A DNA stretch of 64,000 bases from Iphione sp. A-MEVVRFRX5 (lineage: Eukaryota): contig OZ320317.1 of assembly GCA_976226885.1 (NCBI GenBank), positions 49,414,001 through 49,478,000 on the forward strand, written 5' to 3'. The notes beneath the pieces were generated by a model, which was given only the letters and a program-made list of their open reading frames with translations, was not told where the DNA came from and made no database searches. Within the stretch, counting starts at the first letter, position 1, and each line of letters starts with the position of its first letter. The translations under genes and the position numbers were made by a program. Shown here in pieces: positions 63,191 through 64,000 of this stretch.

Positions 63191-64000
63191 ATGTCTAGGC
63201 ACAAAAGGACTAAACAAACACAAGCAAGGGAGAAAGAACTAAAATACATTGCAGGAGATAGGAATCGGCCAAAAAATGAGAAGAAAGTCAAATTAGGGAA
63301 CAAATCAGTGGATCTGAACCCAGCACGATTTGAAAAACGACCGTTACAGAAAGAGACCGGGCGCCGTCACCTATTGTCACCCACCCCAACGGGAGAACAG
63401 TCAATCATGGACGGTCACGGGGACCGCGACCGCCGCACTGGACATGAGAATCAGGAACTCAAAGGTAACAATACCACTAAATCCCATGTTAGTACCATTG
63501 CCTCAGAAATATTGGACAATGAAATCTACTTACTTCAACAAGTTGAGAAGATAAGAAATATCACAAACAATGCTATCACAAGTCAAGAAAACATCATAAA
63601 ACAGCTCCTACAAGACAACTTAACGTTCACAACCAAACTGAAAAATATGTTCAATCATATATGTGAACTGGAAAAGAAACTCTCCATGCCAGCCCTTGAA
63701 GAACATTCGGTACAAACATTGCCAAGCACATATGACAACACTCCATGTGAAAATATACAAGCAAAGCCTGCAGATGTCAGTACACAACAACCACACGAGA
63801 ACCATCAACCCACCCTTAACCTTACCAAAAATGAAAAACATCAACATCAACACACCCTGAACTCAACTGGGACATCTAATGACAATCTCACCCAAATAAC
63901 CTTCGACAGAAGGAAGAATCTGATTACATCTGGACTCCCAGATAACCCCAATTACAATCTGGAGGAGGCCATATATGACATAACGAACACAATTGACTCG
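63191..64000 (+). CDS. Open frame of at least 270 codons running off the window, LINE ORF1-like
   Basis: Hand translation from ATG 63191 gives no stop to the window end. Basic N-terminus MSRHKRTKQ, a probable coiled-coil segment (EIYLLQQVEKIRNI...ICELEKKL), then DRRKNLITSGLPD, which resembles the RRxNLxIxG(L/I)PE motif of non-LTR ORF1 proteins. A-rich sense strand. Confidence 0.65.
   Translation, partial: MSRHKRTKQTQAREKELKYIAGDRNRPKNEKKVKLGNKSVDLNPARFEKRPLQKETGRRHLLSPTPTGEQSIMDGHGDRDRRTGHENQELKGNNTTKSHVSTIASEILDNEIYLLQQVEKIRNITNNAITSQENIIKQLLQDNLTFTTKLKNMFNHICELEKKLSMPALEEHSVQTLPSTYDNTPCENIQAKPADVSTQQPHENHQPTLNLTKNEKHQHQHTLNSTGTSNDNLTQITFDRRKNLITSGLPDNPNYNLEEAIYDITNTIDS

Noticed and set aside
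1-64000. CRISPR arrays, rRNA, bacterial operons or a complete DIRS/LTR element
   Set aside because: No spaced repeat arrays, rRNA motifs, operon-like gene density, or intact gag/RT/RNase H set were seen.

Overview
Eukaryotic genomic DNA from an invertebrate bilaterian, probably a spiralian (annelid/mollusc-like). This is inferred from GT-AG introns, the SUEL exon family and strong TACATGTA enrichment. There are no prokaryotic operons, rRNA genes or CRISPR arrays. Two minus-strand exons (1097-1202, 356-537) splice in frame into a complete 8-Cys SUEL/Gal-lectin-like domain. The best first exon (signal peptide, matching phase) lies at 48661-48841, implying a ~47.5 kb intron. That intron holds a nearly intact 4.1 kb L2/CR1-group LINE (23836-27956, minus). 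It has a stand-alone SGNH esterase ORF1, an endonuclease-RT ORF2 with one premature stop, and a perfect 46-bp flanking duplication. The intron also holds a tRNA-derived SINE head, MITE-like elements, decayed RT/recombinase relics and CTCF- and RFX-like motif clusters. At the right end, an uninterrupted tyrosine-recombinase catalytic domain (62488-63111, minus) sits head-to-head, 79 bp apart, with a LINE-ORF1-like frame (63191 to the window end). That frame is missing from the ORF track. Most other track ORFs look spurious.
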